From assembly GCA_963823655.1 (NCBI GenBank), contig CAWGMK010000010.1, forward strand, positions 224,001 to 288,000: a stretch of 64,000 bases of DNA. The letters run 5' to 3'. This document shows, piece after piece, positions 20,620-30,720 of this stretch. Position 1 is the stretch's first letter. Each line of letters begins with the position of its first letter. This DNA is from an uncultured Bacillota bacterium (GTDB taxonomy: Bacteria > Bacillota > DTU025 > MWDF01). Made by a program: the position numbers and the translations under genes. The notes below the pieces were generated by a model. That model ran no database searches and had not been told where the DNA came from. It saw nothing but the letters and a program-made list of their open reading frames with translations.

Positions 20620-22347
20620 ATGAACAGGCAAATCAGAAGGGCCGCGATGGTATTCATGGTCGTGGCGGTCCTGGCGCTCTCGTTCATATCGGTCAACGCA
20701 GCCACCAAGAACCAGGAAGTAAGAGGCTCCAACGGAATGGTGGCGGCTGCCAGCCCATACGCTGCGGCGGCGGGCGTCGAGATCCTTAAGAAGGGCGGCA
20801 ATGCCGTGGACGCGGCAGTCGCAACGGCATTCGCAATCAGCGTCGTGGAACCTAATGCATCAGGCCTCGGCGGCGAGGGTTACGTAGTCGTATACCTTGC
20901 CAAGGAGAAGAAGGCGGTGGCGATAGACTACAGATCAGCCGCCCCCAAGCTTACAGCAGAGAAATACACGGGCAAGAGCTTCTCCGGCGTCAAGGGTTGG
21001 GACCTCGTCGCGACCCCCGGATACGTGCTCGGCCTTTGCACCCTGCAGGAGAAGTACGGAACCCTCTCCTTGCCCGAAGTCATGTGGCCCGCGATAAGGC
21101 TGGCCGAGAAGGGCTTCGCGATCACTGCGTACCTCGCACAGTCAATAACCGACAGCCTTGCGGTCATCTCGGCGAATGCCGACTTGTCCAAGGTTTACCT
21201 CGATCCCATGGGCCTTCCCAAAGAACAGGGCCAGATCCTGACCAACCCCGACCTCGCCAAGTCCTTGAGGCTTATCGCGGTTAAGGGTCCGGACGTGTTC
21301 TACCACGGAGAGCTGTCATATGCAATAGAGCAGGCATCCATCGCCCAGGGTGGACTTCTCAGAAGGTCCGACCTGGAGGCATACAAGGTATATGAGAGGG
21401 AGCCCATGAGCGGAAGCTACAGGGGCAACCACTTCTATACCGCACCTCCGCCGGTCGGTGGCATCATATTGAGCGAAGCCCTCTCGATAATGGAGAACTT
21501 CGACCTTTCGGCGAAGCCTCTGCTGGATCCCTACAACATCCACATAATGGCTGAGGCCCTCAAGAGGTCGTTCGCCGACCATTACCAGTACTGCGGCGAC
21601 CCCGCTTTCGTAAACGTGCCGCTTAAAGAGCTGGTAAACAAGGACTACGCCAAGTTCCGTTCATGGACGATCAACCCCGCCATGATGACACCGCTTAAGG
21701 AGATCGTCTACGGCGATCCGATGCAGTTCTCCAACATCACCGAGTACGCCCTGACCGATCCCGGCTACGAGTCGGCCAGCACCACCCACATCTCGGTCAT
21801 GGACAAGGACCGCAACGCGGTGGCCCTGACCCAGACGCTAAGCAGCTTCTTCGGCGCCGGCGTCACGGTTCCCGGAACGGGCATCATCCTCAACAATGAG
21901 AACGCGAACTTCGCCATAGCTCCGAACATCAACTCCATAGCCCCGAACAAGCGCATGAGGACAACCATTGTTCCGACTATCATGGTCGACGCGAACGACA
22001 TGCCCATCCTATCGGTAGGCACCCCCGGAGCCGGGCGCATAGCCCCGTCGCTCACGCAGATCATACACGCGATAGTCGACCAGAAGATGGGCCTGCAGGA
22101 GGCCATCGAGGCTCCGCGCTTCTATGTTGTCAACTCCAACGTGAGATTCGAGTACGAGTCGCGCATGCCCGCAGCCACCATTGATGGCCTGAAGGCCAAG
22201 GGCTATACGATCGACCCAACCAAGGATATGCATCCCGAGTACGACCTCTACTTCGGAGGCGCCCAGGGCGTATACTTCGATGCCAAAGCTAACCAGTTCG
22301 TCGGCGCAGCCGACCCCAGGCGCGATGGAGCTGCAATAGGCTTCTAG
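20620..22347 (+). CDS. ggt: Secreted gamma-glutamyltransferase family protein (CapD-like small subunit)
   Basis: GGNAVDAAVA, EPNASGLGG, S/TTHISVMD autocleavage Thr, GAADPRRDG. Confidence 0.93.
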   Translation: MNRQIRRAAMVFMVVAVLALSFISVNAATKNQEVRGSNGMVAAASPYAAAAGVEILKKGGNAVDAAVATAFAISVVEPNASGLGGEGYVVVYLAKEKKAVAIDYRSAAPKLTAEKYTGKSFSGVKGWDLVATPGYVLGLCTLQEKYGTLSLPEVMWPAIRLAEKGFAITAYLAQSITDSLAVISANADLSKVYLDPMGLPKEQGQILTNPDLAKSLRLIAVKGPDVFYHGELSYAIEQASIAQGGLLRRSDLEAYKVYEREPMSGSYRGNHFYTAPPPVGGIILSEALSIMENFDLSAKPLLDPYNIHIMAEALKRSFADHYQYCGDPAFVNVPLKELVNKDYAKFRSWTINPAMMTPLKEIVYGDPMQFSNITEYALTDPGYESASTTHISVMDKDRNAVALTQTLSSFFGAGVTVPGTGIILNNENANFAIAPNINSIAPNKRMRTTIVPTIMVDANDMPILSVGTPGAGRIAPSLTQIIHAIVDQKMGLQEAIEAPRFYVVNSNVRFEYESRMPAATIDGLKAKGYTIDPTKDMHPEYDLYFGGAQGVYFDAKANQFVGAADPRRDGAAIGF

Positions 22348-22369
22348 CCCTGTAAGAAAAGAACAAGCT

Positions 22370-22414
22370 AAAGCGGCCGGGGAGCATCAATTAGGAATGC
22401 TCACCGGCCGCTTT
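22370..22414. terminator. Bidirectional terminator hairpin
   Basis: aaagcggccgg..gagcat / atgctc..ccggccgcttt between convergent genes. Confidence 0.75.
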
Positions 22415-22438
22415 CAATTCTCTCTTCGGCAAAAACAA

Positions 22439-23575
22439 TCAGGCCAGGTCCTTGGTGTACCATCTGTAGACTTTGGATAGCTTGCCGCCGATTCTCTCTA
22501 TCGCCCTCCTTGAATGAATATTGGTTTCGAGTATCACAGATGCCTCCGCCCTGAATATGCCCTTGGCCGAAGCGTTCTCGACGATTTTGGCATATAGCGC
22601 GGGTATCACGCTCGATCCCCTGTACTCCTTCAGGCAATACTGCATCATAAGCCTTACCCGGGTTATCTTGCGTTTCGCCCTGATCATGTTCAGCCATCCG
22701 AAAGGGAAAAGCCTTCCTCGCATCCTTATCAGGACCTGGTTCCAGTCTGGAAGCGTGACGATGAACGCCGCAAGCTTTCCTGAAGCTTTATCGCGGGCAA
22801 GCCAAACGAGGTCGGGGTCGGCAAGGCGGGCAAGAGGGCCCGCAAGCTTTCTGAACTCGTCCCATGTGGGCGGCTCATTGTACCATTCGCCCGGGAAGGC
22901 CTCAACCATGACTGAGTGGATGTCTTTAAGCTCTTCCTCGAGCCTGCCCATATCAATCTTCGCAGCCGTCACATTCGCCCTTGCAAACGCGGTCTCAGAG
23001 CCTCTTGCCAGGCTCTGCATGGGTATCCTGTCCGTGCTTAGGTCATAGCCTACGAAATCGGCGAGCTTCGTATAGCCCATTCTTTCCAGGCTATCCTTAT
23101 ACCATGCCTTGTTATAGGAGTTTAGCAGCACAGGAGGGTCGTCGAAGCCTTCGGCCAGAAGGCCTATGCCCTCCTCCCCATTGGAGGGGGACCAGGGTCC
23201 TATCAGCCTTTTAAGTCCCAGGCCCTTTGCCCAGTCCTCGGCCGCTGCCATTATTGCGCAAAAAGCCTCATCGTCCTCGGCTTCGGGCAGGCTGAAGGTG
23301 GCGACGGGAACGCCCTGCTTGATTGAAAGGGAATCATTCTTCGCTACCATTACGCGCGAGACCATCCTGGCTCCTCTGAAGCCGGCAAGGTACGCATGGG
23401 TAGATTCCGCGATGAACTTGTTGCCGATTCCCCTAAGGGATTTGGCCTGGTCCGATACCAATGGCGCCACCCAATTGCCATCTCCCCGATACAGCCTGAA
23501 GGGGAGGTTTATGAATCCCTTAAGGGAATCTGCAGGCAGCTGCCTTACCGCGATGTCTGTTGTCCGCTGCAACAT
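22439..23575 (-). CDS. YghO/bacterial ceramide synthase-like double GNAT, paralog 1
   Basis: FINLPFRLY..WVAPL, GPWSP..E.GLLAEGFDDPP..YN..WY, LPDWN, GRLFPFGW, ILETN, KVYRWY. Confidence 0.8.
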   Translation of the reverse strand: MLQRTTDIAVRQLPADSLKGFINLPFRLYRGDGNWVAPLVSDQAKSLRGIGNKFIAESTHAYLAGFRGARMVSRVMVAKNDSLSIKQGVPVATFSLPEAEDDEAFCAIMAAAEDWAKGLGLKRLIGPWSPSNGEEGIGLLAEGFDDPPVLLNSYNKAWYKDSLERMGYTKLADFVGYDLSTDRIPMQSLARGSETAFARANVTAAKIDMGRLEEELKDIHSVMVEAFPGEWYNEPPTWDEFRKLAGPLARLADPDLVWLARDKASGKLAAFIVTLPDWNQVLIRMRGRLFPFGWLNMIRAKRKITRVRLMMQYCLKEYRGSSVIPALYAKIVENASAKGIFRAEASVILETNIHSRRAIERIGGKLSKVYRWYTKDLA

Positions 23576-23590
23576 AAAAGCCTCACATTC

Positions 23591-24709
23591 TTAATCCAGT
23601 TCCTTCTGATACCATCTGTATGTGCGAAACAGCTTGCCGCCGACGTCTTCGACAGGCTTCCTGGACGGCATGTTGTCATCTCTGATCGTGCCCGCCTCCC
23701 AGTACTCGTAACCGCCTTCGACCACCTTGTCGCGAAGCTTTGCGTAAAGGACAGGAAGGATACCGGATCCTCGGTACTCAGGAATGCAGAATTGCATGAA
23801 CACCCGCACTCCCTTAATCCGTTTCTTGGCCCCTATTGCGTGTACCCAGCCGAAGGGGAAGACTCTTCCGCGTATCTTCTTTAGAACTTCGCTCCAGTTC
23901 GGCATGGCCGCGACGAAGGCCACAGGGCTATTGTCTGACTGTTTCCTGGCAATCAGGATGAGGTTGTCGTCGGCCATCTTGGCGAGCCTTTCGGCCTCCG
24001 GCAGGAACTGCTCCCAGGTCGGGGAAGGGAGGTCGGGATTGTCGCCCACTGCCGCCAGCATCACGGTATGAAGGTCCTTGATGTCCTTCATCAGGTCTTT
24101 CCTGTTGAAAGTGGAGATTACCGTCCTCGTCCTTTTGAACGCTATTTCCAGCAGCCGCTGTACCCTTTCGTCCCCTGTGGGGTATTTGACCAGCCTGTAT
24201 GAGATGAAGTCGACAAGCTTCGAATACCCGTTTGCCTCGAAGACGTCCTTGTACCATTGCTTGTTGTATGGCCCCATAAGAGACGGGGGGCCCTCGAACC
24301 CCTCGATTAGAAGGCCCTTATCGTCGTCGGTGTCGGTAGGGGACCACGGCCCTATCATGCCTGAAAGCCCCATCTTCCGCGCCCAGCCTTCAGCAGCCTT
24401 TATAAGCTGCTCCAACACCTCGGGCGAATCCGCCTCAGGAAGCGAAAAGTAGGCCTTTCCTGCCGCATCCTTTCGCATGCCCTCATACTTGCCGACCAGT
24501 ATCCTTCCGCAGGCCGCGCCGTCCCTGTATGCCATGAGGAAGGAGTGCTCCGTGGCTCGCATGAAGTGGCTTCCGCCCCCAAGGAGCTTGACCTGGTCTT
24601 TAATGAGCGGCGCCACCCAGTAGGCGTCCCCTTTATAAAGCCTGAACGGGAGCATCACGAACTCTCTGAGCTGTCCAGCGCCTACTTCCTTGATTTCAAC
24701 GCTGCTCAT
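23591..24709 (-). CDS. YghO/bCerS-like double GNAT, paralog 2
   Basis: Same motif series; overlaps the MFS stop codon (ATGA coupling). Confidence 0.8.
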   Translation of the reverse strand: MSSVEIKEVGAGQLREFVMLPFRLYKGDAYWVAPLIKDQVKLLGGGSHFMRATEHSFLMAYRDGAACGRILVGKYEGMRKDAAGKAYFSLPEADSPEVLEQLIKAAEGWARKMGLSGMIGPWSPTDTDDDKGLLIEGFEGPPSLMGPYNKQWYKDVFEANGYSKLVDFISYRLVKYPTGDERVQRLLEIAFKRTRTVISTFNRKDLMKDIKDLHTVMLAAVGDNPDLPSPTWEQFLPEAERLAKMADDNLILIARKQSDNSPVAFVAAMPNWSEVLKKIRGRVFPFGWVHAIGAKKRIKGVRVFMQFCIPEYRGSGILPVLYAKLRDKVVEGGYEYWEAGTIRDDNMPSRKPVEDVGGKLFRTYRWYQKELD

Positions 24710-26041
24710 TTCCTCGCCTCCGGGGCGCCTTCGAGCCCTGCTCTGCCTATCCTGAAGCCCCTGGCCACCATTATGCCAAGTATGGTCAGTATTGCGGGCA
24801 CAACGGCTACTAGCATCTTCAGCGCCGTTATAGTGCCCGGCGTCTGTACGGCGGCGTTCGCATCATAGCCCACTATGTCGAGGACAACTCCGAGCCCGAA
24901 TATGGCAAGGGCAGAGGCCGTCTTCTGCACGAAAGTCACGACCCCGTTCCATATGCCCTCGGATGCGGCGACCCCGGAGGATATGCCTGCGTCTATGGCC
25001 TCCGGCACGATTGCCGCCGGCATCAGCTGCAGCGCCGAGACCCCGATGCCTATCAGCACCGCCACCGGCAGAAGGATCGTGCTGACTACGGACTTGGGCA
25101 GAAGCAGGCTCAGGATGACTATGCTGAATATGCCAAGGCCGAGTATGTAGGCGCGCCGCTTGTCCAGCCTCTTGGAGACGTAGTTCCAAAGCGGAAGCGA
25201 GAGCGTCGCCACTACCATCATCACGCCCATGGTCAGCTCGAAAGCCGAGGGGTTCTCAAGGTAGTACTTGAAATAGTAGAGCATCGCCGCCATGAGGAAT
25301 TTTATCGGCAGCCAGGCGAAGATATACATCAGTACAGCCTGACGGAAGGGCTTGAACTTTAGCGATTCCAGGAGGCTGTTGAGGAAAGGTTTATCGTCCG
25401 TGACCTTCTGCCTCTCCTTGCCCGCGAAGATGACGAATATGGGGAATATCATGATGGAAAGGCCTATTATCCAGCCCATGGCGGAGTAGCCCGACCTTAT
25501 GTCAGGAAGGGCGTCTACAAGCATCTTGGGCAGGATTGTGGCCGGAAGAGACAGGCCGATGTTGAATATCATGCGCCACATGGCAAGCGAGGTCCGCTCG
25601 TCGTAATCGTTGGTAAGCTCCATCCCCAGCGTAGTGTAGGGGACCATGAAGGATGTAATCATGAATATGTATAGCATATAGAAGATCGACGAATACGCGA
25701 AAGTGGCGGCCTGCCCCAGGCCCTGAGGAACGCTCCATATGAGCGCAAAAGAGATGCCAAGGGGAATCGCCGAGCCCAGGACCCAAATCCTGCGCCTGCC
25801 GAACCTGTTGTTGCTCCTGTCGGACAGCCAGCCCACGAACGGGTCGGTTATAGCGTCCCAGAAGTTGCCCATAAGCACGACTGCGCCCGCAAGCGATGGC
25901 CTTATGCCCACTACGTCCGTCAAGAAAGAACATGAAGAAGAAACCGATTGTCGTATTGGCCAGCGTATTCGAGCTTTCGCCCGCGCCGTAGAATATCCTC
26001 TGAAGGGTAGTAAGCTGCGCCTTGCCTTTCAATTGGGACAT
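24706..26041 (-). CDS. GPH-family (MelB/MFSD2-like) MFS transporter, copy 1 (frameshift near 25925)
   Basis: YGAGE, WDAITDPFVGWLSDR, RFGRRR, VPYTTLGMELTNDYDERT. Confidence 0.9.
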
Positions 26042-26214
26042 TTGTCCACCTCCCGAGGGGCAATTCACCCCTCTGCCAAATTTAATTATACCTTGAAGGG
26101 GGGATGTGAGCATAAAATCAAAGCTGAAGGACCTGAAGGCGTTTTAACGAAGCGCTGCAAGAGGGCTATTGAGCCGATTGCCTAGATTCGACCATCTGCA
26201 GGAGGTGTCCAACT

Positions 26215-26650
26215 GTGGTAAGGCTGATGGAGGTTACGAGCGAAAACCATGGCAAGATCGTAAAGCTGGTGGTAGGTGAGCAACAGGCCGCATTTGTGGC
26301 CACAAACGCCTTCTACCTTGCACAGGCAAGCAATGATGGGAATTGCCGGCCCTTTGGCATATATGATGCGAGATGTCCTCGTCGGCTTTTGCATGTACCG
26401 CCTGGATGAGCAGGATGGTCAATACTGGATAGACCAGCTGATGATAGATAAGCAGCATCAATCGCGCGGCTTCGGCAGGGCGGCGCTTGAGCTCTTGCTG
26501 GGCCTGATAAAAGCGGACAGGGCGCATGACAGGGTATTTCTCAGTTTCGAACCTGAGAACGAGTGGGCGAAATCGCTGTACGAGAGCATAGGTTTCGTAT
26601 GGGATGGGAGGATGGCCGAAGAGGACCTTGTCTACAGGCTCGACTATTAG
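26215..26650 (+). CDS. Small GNAT acetyltransferase (spermidine/BltD-like; apparent frameshift)
   Basis: QQAAFVATN, LMIDKQHQSRGFGR, PENEWAKSLYESIGF. Confidence 0.8.
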
Positions 26651-26784
26651 ATTACTGTGCCAAATAGGTTTGCTAATACTAGCGGACAGATTTTTGCTTC
26701 TAGTGTAGAATCAAATCAGTCAGGGACGCCGGCAGGGCAAAGTGAACAGTTTATTTACGGGAAAGCCCGGCATGAGGTGTACCG

Positions 26785-27426
26785 ATGAGAGTATCCGCCA
26801 TAGTAGCGGCTTTTAATGAAGGACCCAGGGTTGCCGATGTCGTCCGCGTTCTTAAAAGGTGCAGCGGAGTGGACGATGTCGTTGTTGTCGACGACGGATC
26901 CGAAGACTACACGACGGCAGCGGCGCTGGCAGCAGGCGCCAGGGTGATTACCCTTCCTCATAACCTGGGCAAAGGCGGGGCCGTGGCCAAAGGGCTGGAG
27001 GCCACCGACGGTGAGATAATCCTCCTTATAGATGCAGACCTGATAGGCCTTTCAAGTAAACACATTGGCGACCTTCTCAAGCCTGTTCGCGAAGGCAGCG
27101 CGGATATGACAATAGGCCTTTTCCGCGGGGGCAGGCTGTCCACATACTTCTCGAACTGGATCGCCAAGCCCTTCACCGGCCAGCGCGCCTTCAAAAGGAG
27201 CCTTGTGGACCCCAAGGAGCTGGAAAAGACCAGGTATGGCCTCGAAACCATACTGACGCAGATATCAAAGGAAAAGGGCATTATCGTAACGCGGATCTGC
27301 CTTGATGACATTACCCAGGTGACCAAAGAGGAGAAGATGGGCTTCTCCAAGGGAAGCCGCCTGAGGATGACGATGTACTCCGAAGTGATAAGGCAGTTCT
27401 TCAGAAGGTTCTTCATGGCAAGGTAA
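26785..27426 (+). CDS. Glycosyltransferase family 2
   Basis: AFNE, VVDDGSED, NLGKGGA, IDADL, TGQRA. Confidence 0.9.
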   Translation: MRVSAIVAAFNEGPRVADVVRVLKRCSGVDDVVVVDDGSEDYTTAAALAAGARVITLPHNLGKGGAVAKGLEATDGEIILLIDADLIGLSSKHIGDLLKPVREGSADMTIGLFRGGRLSTYFSNWIAKPFTGQRAFKRSLVDPKELEKTRYGLETILTQISKEKGIIVTRICLDDITQVTKEEKMGFSKGSRLRMTMYSEVIRQFFRRFFMAR

Positions 27427-27454
27427 TCATCAGCCAGTGGGGGCATTAGAGTTT

Positions 27455-27491
27455 GAAGGCCGGGGCAATCTGATTGATTGCCCCGGCTTTC
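27455..27491. terminator. Bidirectional terminator hairpin
   Basis: gccggggcaatc-tgatt-gattgccccggc. Confidence 0.75.
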
Positions 27492-27519
27492 GCAAATTTC
27501 GGCACCTTCTAACGATGCT

Positions 27520-28638
27520 CTACTGAAGCGGCTTCCTGTACCACCTGTAGGTCCTGTAATGCTTGCCGCCAATGGCCTCGATCGGCCTTCTGGATTGGTA
27601 GTTGTCATCCTTGATGATGCCGGCTTCACCGTATTCGTATCCGGCCGCAAGGGCCACTTCAAAGATCTTTGCGTAGAGCACCGACATGATGCCTGATCCT
27701 CTGTACTCAGGTACGCAAAACTGCATCAAAGCCCTCATGCCCTTGATGCGCCTCTTGGCCCCGATCGCGTGGATCCAGCCTATAGGGAAGAGCCTGCCGC
27801 GCATCTTAATGAGCACTTCGCTCCAGTTGGGCATGCAGACGACGAAGGCGGCCGGTTTGCCGTCCTCCTGTTTGCGTGCAATCCAGATTAGCCTTTCATC
27901 TGCCAGCTTTGAAAGCCGCCTCGCCTCTGCAAGGAACTGCTCCCAGGTGGGGTTGGGAAATTCGGGGTCCGCCGCGGCGCATATCCTGACGATCTCGTGC
28001 ATGTCGCGGAAATCTTCCATCGGTTCCTTGGAATTAAGGTGTGAAACCCGCATCCGGCTTCTCTTTAGGGCAAATTCAAGGGCCCGGCTTATCCTTTCAT
28101 CTACTTTTCGCTCCTCGGTCAGCAGGAAAGTGTAAAGGTCCATACCCTTCACATAGCCAAGCTTTTCGATCTCGTCTGCGTACCACTTGAAGTTGTACGT
28201 CCCCATAAGGGTAGGGGGCCCCTCGAAGCCTTCAATGAGGAAGCATCGGTCATCCTCGCCGTCCGTGGGCGACCAGGGGCCGGTTACCTCCAATAGGCCT
28301 CTTTCGCGGGCCCAGCCCTCCACCGCGTCCATGATGGCCTTGAAGGCTTCAGGGTCCGATGCCTCCGGAAGCGAGAAGTAGCAGGAACCCTCCATGTACT
28401 CCTTCATTCCCTTGTACTTGCCCACGATGGCCCTTGCGCATGGCCTTCCATCCCTGTAGGCCATGAGGAAGGCATGCTCGGTGCTTTTTAAAAATCCGCT
28501 GCCGCCTCTTAGCATTTTAAGCTGGTCTTTTATCAGAGGCGCCACCCAATTCGGATCATTTCTATAAAGGCCGAAAGGCAGCATGACAAAGGGCTTGAGG
28601 CCGCTTTCATCCAGGCGCCTTATAGTCACCTCGCTCAT
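27520..28638 (-). CDS. YghO/bCerS-like double GNAT, paralog 3
   Basis: Close paralog of 23591..24709; coupled to the upstream MFS gene. Confidence 0.8.
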   Translation of the reverse strand: MSEVTIRRLDESGLKPFVMLPFGLYRNDPNWVAPLIKDQLKMLRGGSGFLKSTEHAFLMAYRDGRPCARAIVGKYKGMKEYMEGSCYFSLPEASDPEAFKAIMDAVEGWARERGLLEVTGPWSPTDGEDDRCFLIEGFEGPPTLMGTYNFKWYADEIEKLGYVKGMDLYTFLLTEERKVDERISRALEFALKRSRMRVSHLNSKEPMEDFRDMHEIVRICAAADPEFPNPTWEQFLAEARRLSKLADERLIWIARKQEDGKPAAFVVCMPNWSEVLIKMRGRLFPIGWIHAIGAKRRIKGMRALMQFCVPEYRGSGIMSVLYAKIFEVALAAGYEYGEAGIIKDDNYQSRRPIEAIGGKHYRTYRWYRKPLQ

Positions 28639-29981
28639 TCCAGCGCCTCCTTGAGCTTTTTCGCCTCGTCCCGCCCGATTCTAAACGTAAAGGCTACGAT
28701 AACGCCAATGAGCATGAATACCGCGGGCGCGATGCTGACCAGGAACACTATCGCGAATATTGCGCTTGGAGACTGCTTTTCAAGCCCTGGCACATAACCC
28801 GACAGGTCCAATATCGCGCCCATCGCAAGAGCCGCAAGCGCCGCCGACATCTTGTGCACGAATGTGATTATACCGTTCCAGACTCCGTCGGACGCCGTAT
28901 GTCCGGCTGCCCTGCCAGCGTCGATGACTTCGGGCACTATCGCCACAGGCATGATATGCAAGGCCGATATCCCAAGGCCCATGACGAAGGAGAACGGCAG
29001 CAGCAGCTTCGATACGATGCCGGCCGGAAGCAGCAGCACAAGGATCAGGACGGCGGAGGTAGTGATGCCGATGATGTACGCCTTGCGCTTGTCGAGCCTC
29101 CTTGCCACCGCGTCCCAGAAGAACAGGGCCGCAACGCTTGTAACCATCATGATGCCCATCGAAATCTCGAAGGCTTCGGCCTTGAGCAGGTAGTAGGTGA
29201 AGTAGTAGAGGATGGTTGCCATCAGGAGCCTTAACGGGAGCATCGCGCATACATACATGTAGATGGCCTGCCTGAAAGGCGCGAATTTGAAGGCGCTTTT
29301 CAGGCTTTGGAAAAACGGTATGGCTTCTGCCTTGCCCCTCTTCTCCTTGCCTGCGAACACCACAAGGGCCGCAAGCGGGATCATACAAAGCCCCAGTATC
29401 CACCCCATGGCGAAATAGCCGCTCCTGGCGTCGGGCATGGCGTCTATCAGAAGCTTGGGAAGCACTGTAGCGGGCAGAGCCAAGCCGATGCTGAAGACCA
29501 TTCGCCACATGGCAAGCTGGTTTCTTTCGTCGTAATCGTTGCTAAGCTCCATTGCCAGCGTCGTGTAGGGAACCATGTAAGAGGTAATCATGAATATGAA
29601 GAACATGAAGAAGAAGGTGGCATAGGCGAAAGTGGCCCATTGGCCAAGGCCCGCCGGCACCTTCCAGATAAGCGCAAAGGAGAGGGCGAAGGGCAGCGTC
29701 GATCCCAGTATCCATATCCTTCTGCGCCCGAACCTATTGTCGCTCCTGTCGGAAAGCCAGCCGACAAACGGATCGGTCACGGCGTCCCATATGTTTCCCA
29801 GGAACACTACTGCGCCTGCAAGAGAGGGCCTGAGGCCAACTACATCGGTCAGGAAGAAGAGGTAGAACATGCCCACGGCAGTGGTTGCAAAAGTGGAGGC
29901 GCCCTCCCCGCAGCCGTAGAAGAATTTCTGGAAGCCCGTCATCTTTGTTTTCTTGGCGGCAAATTCGTCCATGATTACCAT
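28635..29981 (-). CDS. GPH-family MFS transporter, copy 2
   Basis: WDAVTDPFVGWLSDR, FGRRR, ELSNDYDER; about 12 TMs. Confidence 0.9.
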   Translation of the reverse strand: MVIMDEFAAKKTKMTGFQKFFYGCGEGASTFATTAVGMFYLFFLTDVVGLRPSLAGAVVFLGNIWDAVTDPFVGWLSDRSDNRFGRRRIWILGSTLPFALSFALIWKVPAGLGQWATFAYATFFFMFFIFMITSYMVPYTTLAMELSNDYDERNQLAMWRMVFSIGLALPATVLPKLLIDAMPDARSGYFAMGWILGLCMIPLAALVVFAGKEKRGKAEAIPFFQSLKSAFKFAPFRQAIYMYVCAMLPLRLLMATILYYFTYYLLKAEAFEISMGIMMVTSVAALFFWDAVARRLDKRKAYIIGITTSAVLILVLLLPAGIVSKLLLPFSFVMGLGISALHIMPVAIVPEVIDAGRAAGHTASDGVWNGIITFVHKMSAALAALAMGAILDLSGYVPGLEKQSPSAIFAIVFLVSIAPAVFMLIGVIVAFTFRIGRDEAKKLKEALE

Positions 29982-30052
29982 CCTTAATACATAATGAATG
30001 CCTGCCCCCCACGGCGCAGCTGTAGGTCACATTTCGGTATTGTCCTTGGTGA

Positions 30053-30674
30053 TTAGCCCTTCCACTCGGGCAGCCTGTCCTCTATCAACCTGCAGATATC
30101 GTGGTAGATGCGCTGGTGCTCGGACTGCACGCGTGCCACAGGGCCTTCGCCTGCAGCAATGAGAAGGTTACAGTATCCGGCCAGGCGGCAGTCCTTGCTT
30201 CCGACAAGGCCGATTACTTTCATGCCCTGAGCTTTTGCGGCCAAGGCGGCATAGATGATGTTCTGCGACTCTCCGGAGGTAGAAATGCAAAGCAGGGCAT
30301 CCCTGTCATTGCCGAGGGCGAACACCTGCTGCGCGAAGATCGCATCGGCTCCGATGTCGTTGGCTATTGCGCTGATGACGGCTCCGTCGGCAGCAAGCGA
30401 GATAGCAGGAAGGCCTATATGAAGAAGCTTGGATAGAATAGACGCCTGCTTCACCGCCGACGCTTTCGAGGTTCTCTGTAAGCCGCCTCGTTAACGCCCT
30501 TCTCTTCTCGAAGGATTTAACAAGCTCTCCGGCCATGTGGGATGCGTCGGCGGCGCTGCCGCCGTTGCCGCAAATGAGCAGTTTACCGCCCCTTTTAAAG
30601 CTGCGCTCGATCAGCTCTACTGCTTTGAGCAGGGTCTCTGGTGTCTGCTCGCTGTCCTTTCGGGATTCTTCCAT
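30053..30674 (-). CDS. gmhA: SIS-domain phosphoheptose isomerase-like protein (apparent frameshift)
   Basis: GGKLLICGNGGSAADASH, AIAND, FAQQV, ISTSGES, VQSEH. Confidence 0.8.
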
Positions 30675-30720
30675 CTTGTCCTCCGGTTTGATTAATCGAT
30701 CCAACTGAAGCCAGCTCAAG

